From contig CAWKAL010000110.1 in the NCBI GenBank assembly GCA_963847575.1, positions 121 to 64,120 of the forward strand: 64,000 bases of DNA, in the 5' to 3' direction. Positions 50,099 through 61,200 of the stretch are shown piece by piece; position 1 is the first letter of the stretch; every line of letters starts with the position of its first letter. Origin of the DNA: an uncultured Gammaproteobacteria bacterium. GTDB lineage: Bacteria > Pseudomonadota > Gammaproteobacteria > SZUA-229. A program made the translations under genes and the position numbers. Under the pieces are notes generated by a model, which was not told where the DNA came from, did no database searches, and was given only the letters and a program-made list of their open reading frames with translations.

Positions 50099-53000
50099 CT
50101 AAATCTTGCCAACCAGGTTAATAAAGAAGCCCTGTGAATCATAATCAAGATCCGTCAGGTCATCCGAGAAATCGGTGAAGTTGTAACCCACGCCGAATTT
50201 CAGGTTCTTGCCGACATGGCGGTAGATACCAAACAGGGTACCGCTGCGCTGATCCTGCGCGTCGGGCAGATCGAGCAGGCGGGCTTCCATCAACACATCC
50301 CACTTGTAGGTAAAGTGCCAGTCGGCACGCAGGATATACAGGCTGGCACGGCTGTCAAAGAACTCCGGGTTGACACGGTCCTGGCTGACCTGGCCGAGAC
50401 GATAGGCATATTTACCGCCAAGACTCCAGCGGGTTGTTAAATCATAAATCGTATCCAGCGACAGTATATGGCTCTTTTGCAGGAATTCGACCGAGGTGTT
50501 CTGCGTGGTGACCTGTTCCGCGGTGGGGACGTTGAAGAAATAGGTGTACTTGAATAATGAATTCCAGCGATCATTCAGGATCGGGCGATAACCATAACCC
50601 AGCACTGCCTCGGTGAATTTACCATCGAAGAATTCCCCCTGTGAACTCTTGCTGTCGGAATGATTCAGCTTGCCGATAAAACGCCAGGCCGGATCGAGCT
50701 GGTACTTGACACTGTTTTTCACCAGCCAGGTTTTACGATTATTGGTGCCGCCGATGGTGTTGTCGGTATCATCGGTGCGGTATTCAAGTGCACCCGAATA
50801 CTGCACAGCTTCATAGGTGTAGGAAGTTTTCAAACCCAGTGCACGGCGCTCGGTATCAGCACCGGTGTTGTCATCTGTCAGTGAGCCGGCTTCGAGTGAT
50901 GCACCGTAGGTCCAGCGATCATTCGGTGCCAGGTCAACACCCAGTGCGTGGGTCAGGCCGGTGGGTACATCACCGTGCGCATAACGTTCTTCTGCGTACA
51001 CGCTGACGCTATCACTGTAACGCGAGCGCACACCGGTGTTCATGTTACCGCGACGTGAACTCACGCCATTATCGGTGCGCTCGTTTTCCAGTGCATAATT
51101 AAGATAAACACTGCTGCGGTCTGATACCAGGTAATCTGTCCCCAGTTTTGCACCGGTGCCGGTCTGGCCGAATGACAGTTCACCATCGAGCTTGAGGTTT
51201 TCGGTGGCACGGATACTGCCACCGCCACCGACGCGATTATTTTCTTCACGATTACCGGTGGTGTTTGCTGTCACCTGGGTGAAACCGTAGGCGGTCCAGT
51301 CTTCTTTGGAATCAAACGCAGCTTCAAATGCCACATCGAAACGGTTACCGGTTTTTTGCGTAGCGGCGATCACCGCTGAATTATCTTCGCGGGTATCGAG
51401 TCGGCCACCTGTGCTCAGGCGCCAGTTTTCATCCAGCAGGTATTCAACATCAGCATCCACTGCCGAGGTGTTGAGTGAATTTTCCTGGTCGCGACTGTCG
51501 GCCTTGACGTTCAGGTTCATGTCTTCGCTCAGCGCCATGTTCAACTTACCGCCGAACTGTTCGGTTTCATTGGCAGTGAGCTGTCCGGGCGCGGAGAACC
51601 CGGCTTCACGATTCTGCGTGTACACGCTGGCGGTACCGCGTGAATTGTCCACCAGGTCTTCGAGCCGGGTGCTGGCCTCGATACGGTAGGCATCGGCCTT
51701 GGTGTTCGGATCCAGGTCCTGATCGAGCTGGTTAAAATTGAAACCACCGTCGTTCGAGTTCAGCGCGCCAGTGCCGTCGCCCTTGCTGCTGGCGATTTCT
51801 GCTTTCAGCCAGGTACCGGCGTTCTTACGCAGGGTCAGGTCGATGCCGTTTAAAGTGTTTTCATTATCGGCTTCATCCTGCTTGCTGGCGGTAATGCCCA
51901 GTTTTACATTATCGTTAAACCAGACATGGGCACGGCCACCGACAGCAACATCATTAATATCGGCGAAGCCCGGGGTGTATTCATAACGCGCAACCAGGAA
52001 CGCCGGGTTGCCGCTGAGTGAACCGTTATCCACCAGCAGGTCATCATTGGCCGTGGATGACAGGGGCTCACTCAGGATCACCCGGCCCTGGATATAATCA
52101 ATATCGTAATCAATCGCGGGCGTGAGGTTTTTCACGCCGATCACAATACCCGAATCCTTGTCACGCACTTCGATACGCAAACGTTCAGACCCGATCAACA
52201 GGTCCTGGTGACGCAGGAAGTAGAGCGAACCACCGGTGCCGCGGAATTCATCACGACCGGCAATGGTGCCCGGCTCGGCGGCGAAGCCATCAACCATGAT
52301 TGATTTTTCGCCGAACTCGGTAGCGCCCATGCTTTCATAATGGCCGTTGGCACCGTAGAGCCCGCGATCGATATGCGCGAGATCGGTATCGGTGTAGGCA
52401 ATCTTGAAATTACCCCACAGGCCAAAGCTGTCGTGCTGGCGTAACTTGACGTAGAACTTGCCCGAGGTCGGTGCGTTTTCGACCACGGTGGAATCATCGC
52501 CGAAGGTCGGATAAGCAAGGTCAGGATCAATTCGACGGAACAGTGACTGCGGATCTTTTTCGATGAAGTTGGTAAACAGTTCGTCGAACGGGCCTTCGAG
52601 AGTGTCGGCACTGGTGGTCAGTTCCCAGTCATCACCGAACTGGCCGTTGGCGTAAAACGCCAGTCGACCATCGACATTCAAATCATTGTCGTAATGCGTT
52701 TTATCACCCGTGACCAGTTGCGCCGGACCGTTGGTGCTGTCTTTCGCAATCGTGAGATCCGCAATGCCCACGTAGAACCAGTCACTCTTGTCAAACTGCA
52801 GCTCGCGCATGTACAGGTCACCGTTGCCCGCGGGATCGAGCACCGCAACTTCTACGGTGTGGAAACCTTTGGGGAAAATTTCTTCAGCGACAAAGGTATG
52901 TTCCGCACTAACCGGCATGCGACGCCCGGCCAGCCATACACTGAATCCCTCGGGTATATTGCTGCCGTTGACCAGCACGGTGCCACCCGCCAGTGGAATA

Positions 53001-55246
53001 TTTTGCATGCCGAGGTGGTTTTCACCATAGCCCACTAGCTGTTCGACGGCCGTGACATCCTCGTCAAACGCTGCCAGCGCATCTTCTTCGACACTGTCGA
53101 CCAGCCATAACGGCAGCGCCGTGGTTTCATCGAAGTTGCCCTTGTCATCATAAACCCGCAGCACATACTTGAGCTTGATCACCGGTGCGGTGAATTTTTC
53201 TATGTCAGCAGACCAGTGCGCGCGGTTATTTTCATCGACCGGTACGATGTTCATGGGTTCATCGCGGGTCGATTGTTCGTCTTCGAAGATGCGCACTTCT
53301 GCATGATGGATAAAACTCGGGTAATTACTGTAGACCTGGAAGCTGACCGCGTTTTCCGCCAGCTCAGTTTCAGTGTCATCCCGGTAACGCACCGTGTTCG
53401 GCCAGGCGGTAACATTCAGTCGTGGACGCATTTCAAGATTATCGAAACGGAACTGGATGTCGGCTTTTTCCAGTGCAACATCGGTACAGCGTTGCAGGTC
53501 AGCAATATTTTTATACGGATCATATTCCGGCACGCCATCGATGGTGATACGCATCAGGTTGAGTGCAAACGGGTTGTGCGCAGTGGCTTCGCGGTCGATG
53601 CGGGTGATATCGAGGCCTTCGTTTTCTTCCAGCACTGCAAGTTCGTCGTACAGCACCTGCACTTCGACGCGCGAGGTATCAAACTGTTTGAAGCCGGTGT
53701 TGGCCACATCTTTCGAATGCACATAACCGAGGCCTTCATATTCGACCTGCTTGTCGTCCAGGCCGAGTTCCTGTTTCACCATCTCCATGGCGCGACGCGC
53801 GCGTGAGGTTGAAAGACCGATATCATCGCCGTATACCATCGATGTACGACGATCCATGCGCTCGTTATTGGTATACCCGGTAAAGCCAAGACGTACATTG
53901 GACTTGTCAGAAATTTCATCCATGAGTTTTTTCAGGCGACTGGTGTAACCTTCCGGCAACATCGGCTTGCCTTCTTTATAACGTATCGCGCGGATCGGGC
54001 CCGAGGGCGGATCGTACGCCAGGGTGATGGTTTCGGCGACATCAGCATCTGGGCAAGCCTGCGGCTCGGCAGTGAATTCCTGAAATGGATCGTCGTGCCA
54101 GAACTCGACTTCAACACGCGTATTCAGTGCGCGGCCTTTCTCGGTATCATTCGAAGCCACCGGGAACGCCGAACCTTTGCCGGTCGAGCTCACCGCGTTG
54201 TTCTCCAGACCCATCGCATCCTGGATGCCGAGCGCGACACGGCGTCCACGCGCTTTCGACAAACCGGTGTGGTCACGATAAATACGTTCAGCACCGTCGG
54301 TCAACGGCAGGTTATCGGTATGGCCGACGAAGTGCACGACAACATTGTTCTTGTCACGCAGGTTGCCCAGCACCTCGCTAATCTGGCGAATAAATTCAGC
54401 AGGAATTTCGGTCTGGCCTACTTCGAGCCGTAGCGGCGACACCAGATTTTTCAGCCGCGCGCGTTTTGCATTGCCGGCGCGGTATTGCAGTTTACACACC
54501 GTTTCATTGCGGCAGACCTTGACACGGTTGAGACCGACAGCCGCGATCACAACTTCTTTATCAACCGCAGTCTCGGTGATTTCGTCGTACCACACCTGTA
54601 CTTCCACACGACGGTTCCTGCGCTTACCTTCTACCGTATCGTTGCTGGCTATCGGCTGGCTCTCGCCGGCACCGTCATAGCTGACGGACTCGGGTTCGAG
54701 ATCGAGTGCGCGCTGGAAAAATTCTGCGGTGATTTCTGCGCGGGCACGCGACAGGCCAATATTGTCACCGTATTTTGCTGTCAGCCCCGGGCCAAGCTTG
54801 TCAGTATCACTGTGGCCAATAAAGTGCACCCGTACATTGGCGCGGTGCTTCATGCCATTGAGCACTTCGCGTAATTGCGTTACCGCGGATTCGGGAATAT
54901 CGGCTTCACCTGAACGGAAACCAATCGGCGGCACTGCATTTTCGAGTTTGAAAGTATCAGCTTTCTTGTCGAGCACTTTCTGCATCTCGACACGGTCTTC
55001 CTCGCGCGGCCTGAAGAAAGTTTCATCCTGTATCCAGAGATTGAATACTTCATCCGGTGGCAACTGCTGTTCGGTGTTCTCGCCCAGCGGGTGCGACTGC
55101 AACTGTAATGCAGGCGACGCAGTAGTGCCTTCAGGCGCATCGTCAAAACCAAGCTCGGCATAGAGCGGCCCTGCCAGCGCACTCAGCAGCGTGCCGAACA
55201 ACAGGGTGTGCAGATATTTGTGCATCGCTCTAGTCATCGAAGCCAC
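50099..55246 (-). CDS. Giant outer-membrane protein: signal peptide, three OmpA-C-like domains, a central beta-rich region, and a C-terminal ~550-aa beta-barrel-like region
   Basis: Three OmpA-like modules are present: HFIGHSDTD..GLSRARAE..NRRVEVQV; HFVGHTDNL..GLSKARGRRVA..NTRVEVEF; GFTGYTNNE..GLSTSRARRA..TSRVEVQV. The C-terminal third shows alternating aromatic/polar strands and ends ..GFFINLVGKI. Candidate starts at 55246, 55237 and 55225 all lie within 17 nt of the upstream gene's stop. Confidence 0.75.
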   Translation of the reverse strand: MASMTRAMHKYLHTLLFGTLLSALAGPLYAELGFDDAPEGTTASPALQLQSHPLGENTEQQLPPDEVFNLWIQDETFFRPREEDRVEMQKVLDKKADTFKLENAVPPIGFRSGEADIPESAVTQLREVLNGMKHRANVRVHFIGHSDTDKLGPGLTAKYGDNIGLSRARAEITAEFFQRALDLEPESVSYDGAGESQPIASNDTVEGKRRNRRVEVQVWYDEITETAVDKEVVIAAVGLNRVKVCRNETVCKLQYRAGNAKRARLKNLVSPLRLEVGQTEIPAEFIRQISEVLGNLRDKNNVVVHFVGHTDNLPLTDGAERIYRDHTGLSKARGRRVALGIQDAMGLENNAVSSTGKGSAFPVASNDTEKGRALNTRVEVEFWHDDPFQEFTAEPQACPDADVAETITLAYDPPSGPIRAIRYKEGKPMLPEGYTSRLKKLMDEISDKSNVRLGFTGYTNNERMDRRTSMVYGDDIGLSTSRARRAMEMVKQELGLDDKQVEYEGLGYVHSKDVANTGFKQFDTSRVEVQVLYDELAVLEENEGLDITRIDREATAHNPFALNLMRITIDGVPEYDPYKNIADLQRCTDVALEKADIQFRFDNLEMRPRLNVTAWPNTVRYRDDTETELAENAVSFQVYSNYPSFIHHAEVRIFEDEQSTRDEPMNIVPVDENNRAHWSADIEKFTAPVIKLKYVLRVYDDKGNFDETTALPLWLVDSVEEDALAAFDEDVTAVEQLVGYGENHLGMQNIPLAGGTVLVNGSNIPEGFSVWLAGRRMPVSAEHTFVAEEIFPKGFHTVEVAVLDPAGNGDLYMRELQFDKSDWFYVGIADLTIAKDSTNGPAQLVTGDKTHYDNDLNVDGRLAFYANGQFGDDWELTTSADTLEGPFDELFTNFIEKDPQSLFRRIDPDLAYPTFGDDSTVVENAPTSGKFYVKLRQHDSFGLWGNFKIAYTDTDLAHIDRGLYGANGHYESMGATEFGEKSIMVDGFAAEPGTIAGRDEFRGTGGSLYFLRHQDLLIGSERLRIEVRDKDSGIVIGVKNLTPAIDYDIDYIQGRVILSEPLSSTANDDLLVDNGSLSGNPAFLVARYEYTPGFADINDVAVGGRAHVWFNDNVKLGITASKQDEADNENTLNGIDLTLRKNAGTWLKAEIASSKGDGTGALNSNDGGFNFNQLDQDLDPNTKADAYRIEASTRLEDLVDNSRGTASVYTQNREAGFSAPGQLTANETEQFGGKLNMALSEDMNLNVKADSRDQENSLNTSAVDADVEYLLDENWRLSTGGRLDTREDNSAVIAATQKTGNRFDVAFEAAFDSKEDWTAYGFTQVTANTTGNREENNRVGGGGSIRATENLKLDGELSFGQTGTGAKLGTDYLVSDRSSVYLNYALENERTDNGVSSRRGNMNTGVRSRYSDSVSVYAEERYAHGDVPTGLTHALGVDLAPNDRWTYGASLEAGSLTDDNTGADTERRALGLKTSYTYEAVQYSGALEYRTDDTDNTIGGTNNRKTWLVKNSVKYQLDPAWRFIGKLNHSDSKSSQGEFFDGKFTEAVLGYGYRPILNDRWNSLFKYTYFFNVPTAEQVTTQNTSVEFLQKSHILSLDTIYDLTTRWSLGGKYAYRLGQVSQDRVNPEFFDSRASLYILRADWHFTYKWDVLMEARLLDLPDAQDQRSGTLFGIYRHVGKNLKFGVGYNFTDFSDDLTDLDYDSQGFFINLVGKI

Positions 55247-58200
55247 CCTTCGTCGCCGGCTTGCCGCGACGCCAGAATACTTCGGTTTCGATTTCGAGGC
55301 GGTAACAACAATCCAGGCCTTCCCAGCGACGTTCGACTTCGTCTTTCACACTTTGCAGGCGATCTTCCACCAGCGAAGGCTCTTCAACATCTGCCAGGTA
55401 GGACAGGCGCAATACTGATGGCGCTTCGATTAATTTTTCCAGCAGCAGGCCAACACGCGACAGCCACTGGGTACGCATCTCGGTGGTGCCGGGCTCGAAC
55501 ACGGCATCGGCCATGTCGAGACGTACCACGCGATGGATAGTGGCACCGAAGTTATACTTCAGCATCTTGCCGCGGGTAGCGCGCTGTACTCGCGGATTTT
55601 CTGTGGTCATGCGATAACCGCTCGGCAGACTGCGTTCATCGAGCTTGATAATAAAGTTCGAACCGCGATCTTCATTCGGCACCACCGCACAGGTGATATG
55701 GAAGCGGCCGAATTCATCGGTCTTGGCTTCGATACCGCGCGCAGTGACCACGCGTGAACTCGGTATTCCCTCTTCACCTTCATCCTGGTAACCGTTCAGG
55801 TTCTTGTCATCGAACACCTTGCCGATGATGTCGGAACAGTCGAAGGTCGGGTCGGGCACGACGCGCACCGTGGCACTCGCCTGCTCTGAGGCGGCTTCGC
55901 CATTGCGGTTATTAATGACCTGCGCAAGGTTGATGTATTCACCTTCACCAACACCGGAACCGACCACCAGCAGCAGCTTGATGGTTCTGACTTCAGATGA
56001 ATTCAGTGTCAGGTTCGGCCAGGTCAGCATCAGGCCGTTGATTGTCGGTTCGGTCGGCACACCGTCGATACGCGCCGAGCCGGCCACGTACTTGAAGCCC
56101 GCCGGGAAGTTATCGACGATATCGAGATCCTGCAATGGCGCTGCCAGCGTATTGTTCAGCGTAATGGTGTACGGGATCAGCTGGCTACGGGTGACATTGA
56201 GCAGCGCCGAAGTTTTCGAAATCGCGATTGCAGCATCCAGCTCCGGATCGATCGGGATATGGTTGTTGTATATCTGGCTGGTGAACGGGCTCGCGCTATT
56301 GCCCAGGGTGTATTGCAGGTAATAATTCGTGCCCGTCGTGCGCGGTGCGATCGAAGTTGCCGGCGCCTGTTCAGAGACCTGGATTTCGCAACGATCCGGT
56401 ACCGTGCTGAGCTGGTCATCTGCACTGCCGGGACAGGTCGGTACGCTGAACGGTGGATCCGTCAGCGCCAGTGCCGGCGGAATTATCACCGAGGTGGTAC
56501 CAACATAGCCCGTGGCCGGTGGCGTAACTTCAATGACATACGCGTCGCCGACATCACAGTTACCGGCCACGCTGAAGTTCATGTCGAACTTGTAATAACC
56601 GTCTGCCAGTGTCACCTGGTTTTGTTGCGCGGGATCATTGAAGCAGCTCACCGGCACCGGCAGGCTGCCGTTGCTTGCATTCAACATAGTGAGCGTAACG
56701 CCTTCGACCGGGGTGCGCAGTATCGAATTGTAAACCACGCCGTTAGGATCAATCGGCAGGTTGAGGTTGAAGGTATTGCTACCGGCGCCAACGCTGATGC
56801 TGCTGATCAGTTGCAGGCCGTCGCTAAACGGCACGGCAGAACTCGCGGAGTCGGCCACACCCAGTAAGGCACTGCCGCCGCCTGCGCCCGGCGCGATAAA
56901 GCGCAGTTCGTATTCACCGCCTGCGATACTGCTCGGGGTCAGACCGATAATGCGGTACTGGCCGTTGGCGTCGGTGAACACGTTATCGAGCAACTGGGTG
57001 TTGAGATAAATTTCTACACTCCAGTTTTCCAGCAGGCGTTCATTGCTGTCGAGCACGTTATCAAAATTGGCATCGTGCCACGCGGTGCCGTTGAGCACGG
57101 CGATACCCGGTGCCGAACCGATATCTACATTGGCCGAGTCGGATGCGTTCTGTGCGCCCGCGTTCCAGCTAACATTGGCGGTGTTGTCGATCATGGTGCC
57201 GTCGGCGAGAGACGCATTCACATCAACTACAAAATTCAACGTGACCGAAACACCCGCTTCGAGTACGCCATAGGTGGTACCGAAATCGGCCGTAACCACG
57301 CCAGCGAGTTCGCTGACACCGTTGACAGAACCGTTCATGCGACCTGAACCGTTCACATAACTTATTTGTCCGGCCACCGGCAGGTTGAGATCGTCGGTGA
57401 TCAGCAGGTTGGTCACGTCGACGCTGCCGACGTTCTCAGCGCGGATAATATATTCGAGCTGGCCCCCGGCACGCGCGACACCGCCACCGACCACCTGCAC
57501 TTCCTTGGTGATGACGACCTGTTGTGCATTACCAATCGCGATCACGGTGGGCTGGTCGCCGTTCTCGTCGTTACCGTCGGCGTCGGATAACTCGTCGGGT
57601 AATTCGTTCGATGCCAGTGTTGCCTGGTTCGTCACTAACTGGCCGGCCGCACCCGTGACTGTTACATCGAAGGTCACCAGCGCTGACCGACCCGGGTTCA
57701 TCTGGCCGTTACCGGGTGTCGGTAATGGCAAGTCAGACGAACTGATATCGATGCCGGCGATCAGCGGAGATGTGCCGGGCACCGTATCGGTGATCGCATT
57801 ACCATTGATGGTGACACTGTCTGCAATATAGCTTGAATTGGCCGGCACGTTATCGCTGAGGATAACGCTGGTGCCAGGTATCGCGCCGGCATTGCTGATG
57901 TTGAATGTGTAACGCAGGGTATCGCCGGTATCAACCACGCCATCAAGCAATACATCGTTCAGCAGGGTCACGGTTTTCTGCACATCGAGTATCGGCAGGT
58001 TGCCAATCACGTCCTGCGTCGGGTCACCGAAGATATCGGTGGACGGATCATCCGACTGCTGTGTCGGGAACGGACCGCTGCCAACACCTTCGCCGGTGAC
58101 AAAGCCCTGGTTGGAAATAATCGTGCCGTTAACGATGTCAGTAGCCACTACTACATCAAATGTAATGGTGGCGACATTGGTCGTGGTGCCACTAGCATCG

Positions 58201-61200
58201 GCGCGCATGGTACCCGGCGTGGGATCTTCCGGTGCGTTGATCAGGATTCCGTTTTGCAGAGGCGAAACCCCGGCGGCCGGATCGGCAATGACGGCACCGT
58301 TCAAGGTGGTACTGCCGGCAACATACGTCGTATTCGCCGGTACCTGGTCACGCAGGAAGGTATTGATTGCGTTTTCGACACCGATGTTTTTCGCGGTGAT
58401 GGTGTAACGCAAGCTGTCACCCTGCGCGAGCACATTGGGATCGCCGGTTAAATCCTGCGACAGTTTTTGCAAGGCGGAATGTTGGTACCGAACCCACCAG
58501 GGTATTGGTGGTGTCTTCGTCACCGAAGATCAGCGGATTATCTGCGCCGTTGACGTTGGGATCATCCGACAACAGGGTGCTGAAGTTGGGCGCTTCTACC
58601 AGGGCCTGGTTGCGTATCAGGCTGCCGCTTGGCAGCACCGGCTGAATAGTGACATCAAACGTAATGGTGACATTGTCCGGTGTTACCAGGTTGCCGACAT
58701 CACCCAGGTTAATATTACTGATATCCACCAGGCCGGCGCCGTTAGCACCGCCATTGATAATACTGTTGTCAGTCCCTGCAGTGGTGGTGATATTTGCCAT
58801 CGAACCGGGGACAAACAGGCCCGGTGGTGTCGTTAACCTGTCGGGTTCATCAGTCACGCGTATGCCGTTAATAGCGACCGGGCCCGTGTTCTGGATAAAT
58901 ATGGTGTAGCTCAGGGTGTCACCCGGTTCTGCATTCACACCCGGATCCTGTCCCGAGGTAGTGTTGACCACGGTTTTCTGAATCACCAGGATCGGCGCCT
59001 CGGTCAACACCGTGTGGTTATCCTGGTTATCAACGACTAAGGGTGTACCGTCGGTGAGTACCCGCGTATAGGTTCTGACTTCACCGACAGCGCCTGCACC
59101 CGCAGTATCGGCACTGAACCATTCGGTGACACCCGCAACATTGGTTAATGACACAGCATTGATAGTATCGACATCGAGGAAAGCATCGTAAGTGATCACC
59201 AGGCGTTCATTGGCAGCAATTATCGCAGCCGGCTGCAACGGTGAAGAGGTCGTGGTAATAACAAACTCGCATGTTGGCGCCGGTGTGTGTACTAGCGTGT
59301 AATCCGTGTTGAGTACCAGGGTGCGCAATACCGCTAGCGCATCATCGGTCACCTGTACGATTACATTGTTCGGAGAAATATCGCAGGTACCGCCGGTTTG
59401 GGGTGGGCCGGCGTCTGTCACATCAGGCAAACGATCTCGAATGGTAATATCGTGCGCGGGACCTGTGCCGGTATTTTCAACTTCCAGTCGATACGCAATC
59501 GGACTGCCAAACTGCGCGATCGCCGGGCCGGTTTTAATCAGCGTCAACTCGGGTTCAACCACGGTCATGTTGCCGGTGGTGACCGGCACAGTCACACCCT
59601 GCGTGCCGTTGTCATCATCGACCATGTTGAAGGTGTAACTCGCGGTGTTGTTAAACAACAGCGGTGGAGTTGCGGTATTCACCGGCTGATTGCGCAGCTG
59701 CACGGTAATATCTATTTCAACCTGCTCATTCGCCGGGATATCAATCCCGTCGGGACCTGAATCCTGGATAATAAGATTTTTCGCATCGCCAACATTGACA
59801 GGTGTCCAGGGCAGCGAGCCCGAAACACGCGTCACGCTGACAAACACAAGATCTGCCGCGGACAGGGCGAGATTATCCAGGATGCGCACGTCATGGATCG
59901 CCGTTGGCTGCACCACGTCCGGAATGGTGATGCGATAGGTGAACGGTTCACCGATCGATGCGTTCAGATTCGCCGGGTTCTGTTTATCCAGCGGATTCGC
60001 CGCCGGCGTCATCAAGGTCGCGGTTGCGGTATTGCTCGGGCCGTAAATTTCACGCACACCGGTGACTCCACCCACCACCGGCACGGCATCATCATCAAAC
60101 GAGTAATACAGCTGCACCTGCGCCGAGTTGGTCATGGTGAGGCCGGCACCGATATCGGCTTCTGCCTGTACGCGGTAGACGATACGCAAGGTCTCACCCG
60201 GCGGAATGTTGTACTGGTTCGCTACACCGGAATCGAAATCCCAGGTCGCGACTCCTGTGGCCGCGTTATACACCGGCGCAACATTAGGTAACACTGTTGC
60301 TGCCACCACCAGTTGTGTACTGACCATGGTGATAGTCGCACCGCCGTTACGCAAACCGACAGGAATAATGTCGCGCAATACCGTGTCATACGCCGGCGCA
60401 GTGCCATTATTGGTAATATCGACGGTGTAATCGATCAGCTCGTTGGCATCAATAATGACATCACCGCCCGCAGGCAATGCGGTTTTGGCAACGCTTAGAT
60501 CAGGTTGTAGTACTGCAATTGCTTCGTTATCAGTTTCCGTGGTGGCTGCACCGAGCGCGGTGGTGTAATCCAGGGTCGCGGTATTGGTCAGCGCGATATT
60601 ATTGACTTGCGGATGCACAAGGTTGAGTACGCGCGCGCGATACACCAGGACAAATTCGTCATTCGCGGTATTGTTATCAGCAGCATTGACGATATCACCC
60701 AGGGTCCAGGTCACGGTGCTCGGGCCGGTGATCGGATTCCCTGCGACCGTGATGTTCGCTGCCAGAATATCGCTATGGGTGAAAGGCGGGATCGCCGCAT
60801 ACGGCGCTGCAGTATCACCGTTGATGCTGACAACACCTTCGAACGCAAGCCCCTGTGGTAATAGATCGCGTACCACCACCGCCGGCGTTGAACCTTCCTG
60901 TACGGTCAAACGCAATTCGTAATCAATAATGTCACCAATGCGCACATTGGCGTCACCCGCAACAAAGGTATCCGTGAGACGTGTTTTCACCACGGCGTTG
61001 TTATCACTGGTGGTGACGACCGCGATGATCGGTGCAGTACAGTAATCATTCGGCGCGGTAATCATGGGACAGCCCGCGCCGGTACGTTCATCTGCAGACA
61101 CACCGTTCAGCGAGGTCCAGTCGGCAAGCACGCTGTTGTTAATCGACAGGTCGGCGAGCACGTTGTCCTGCACCACTACGCGATAGGTCAGTACCAGTTG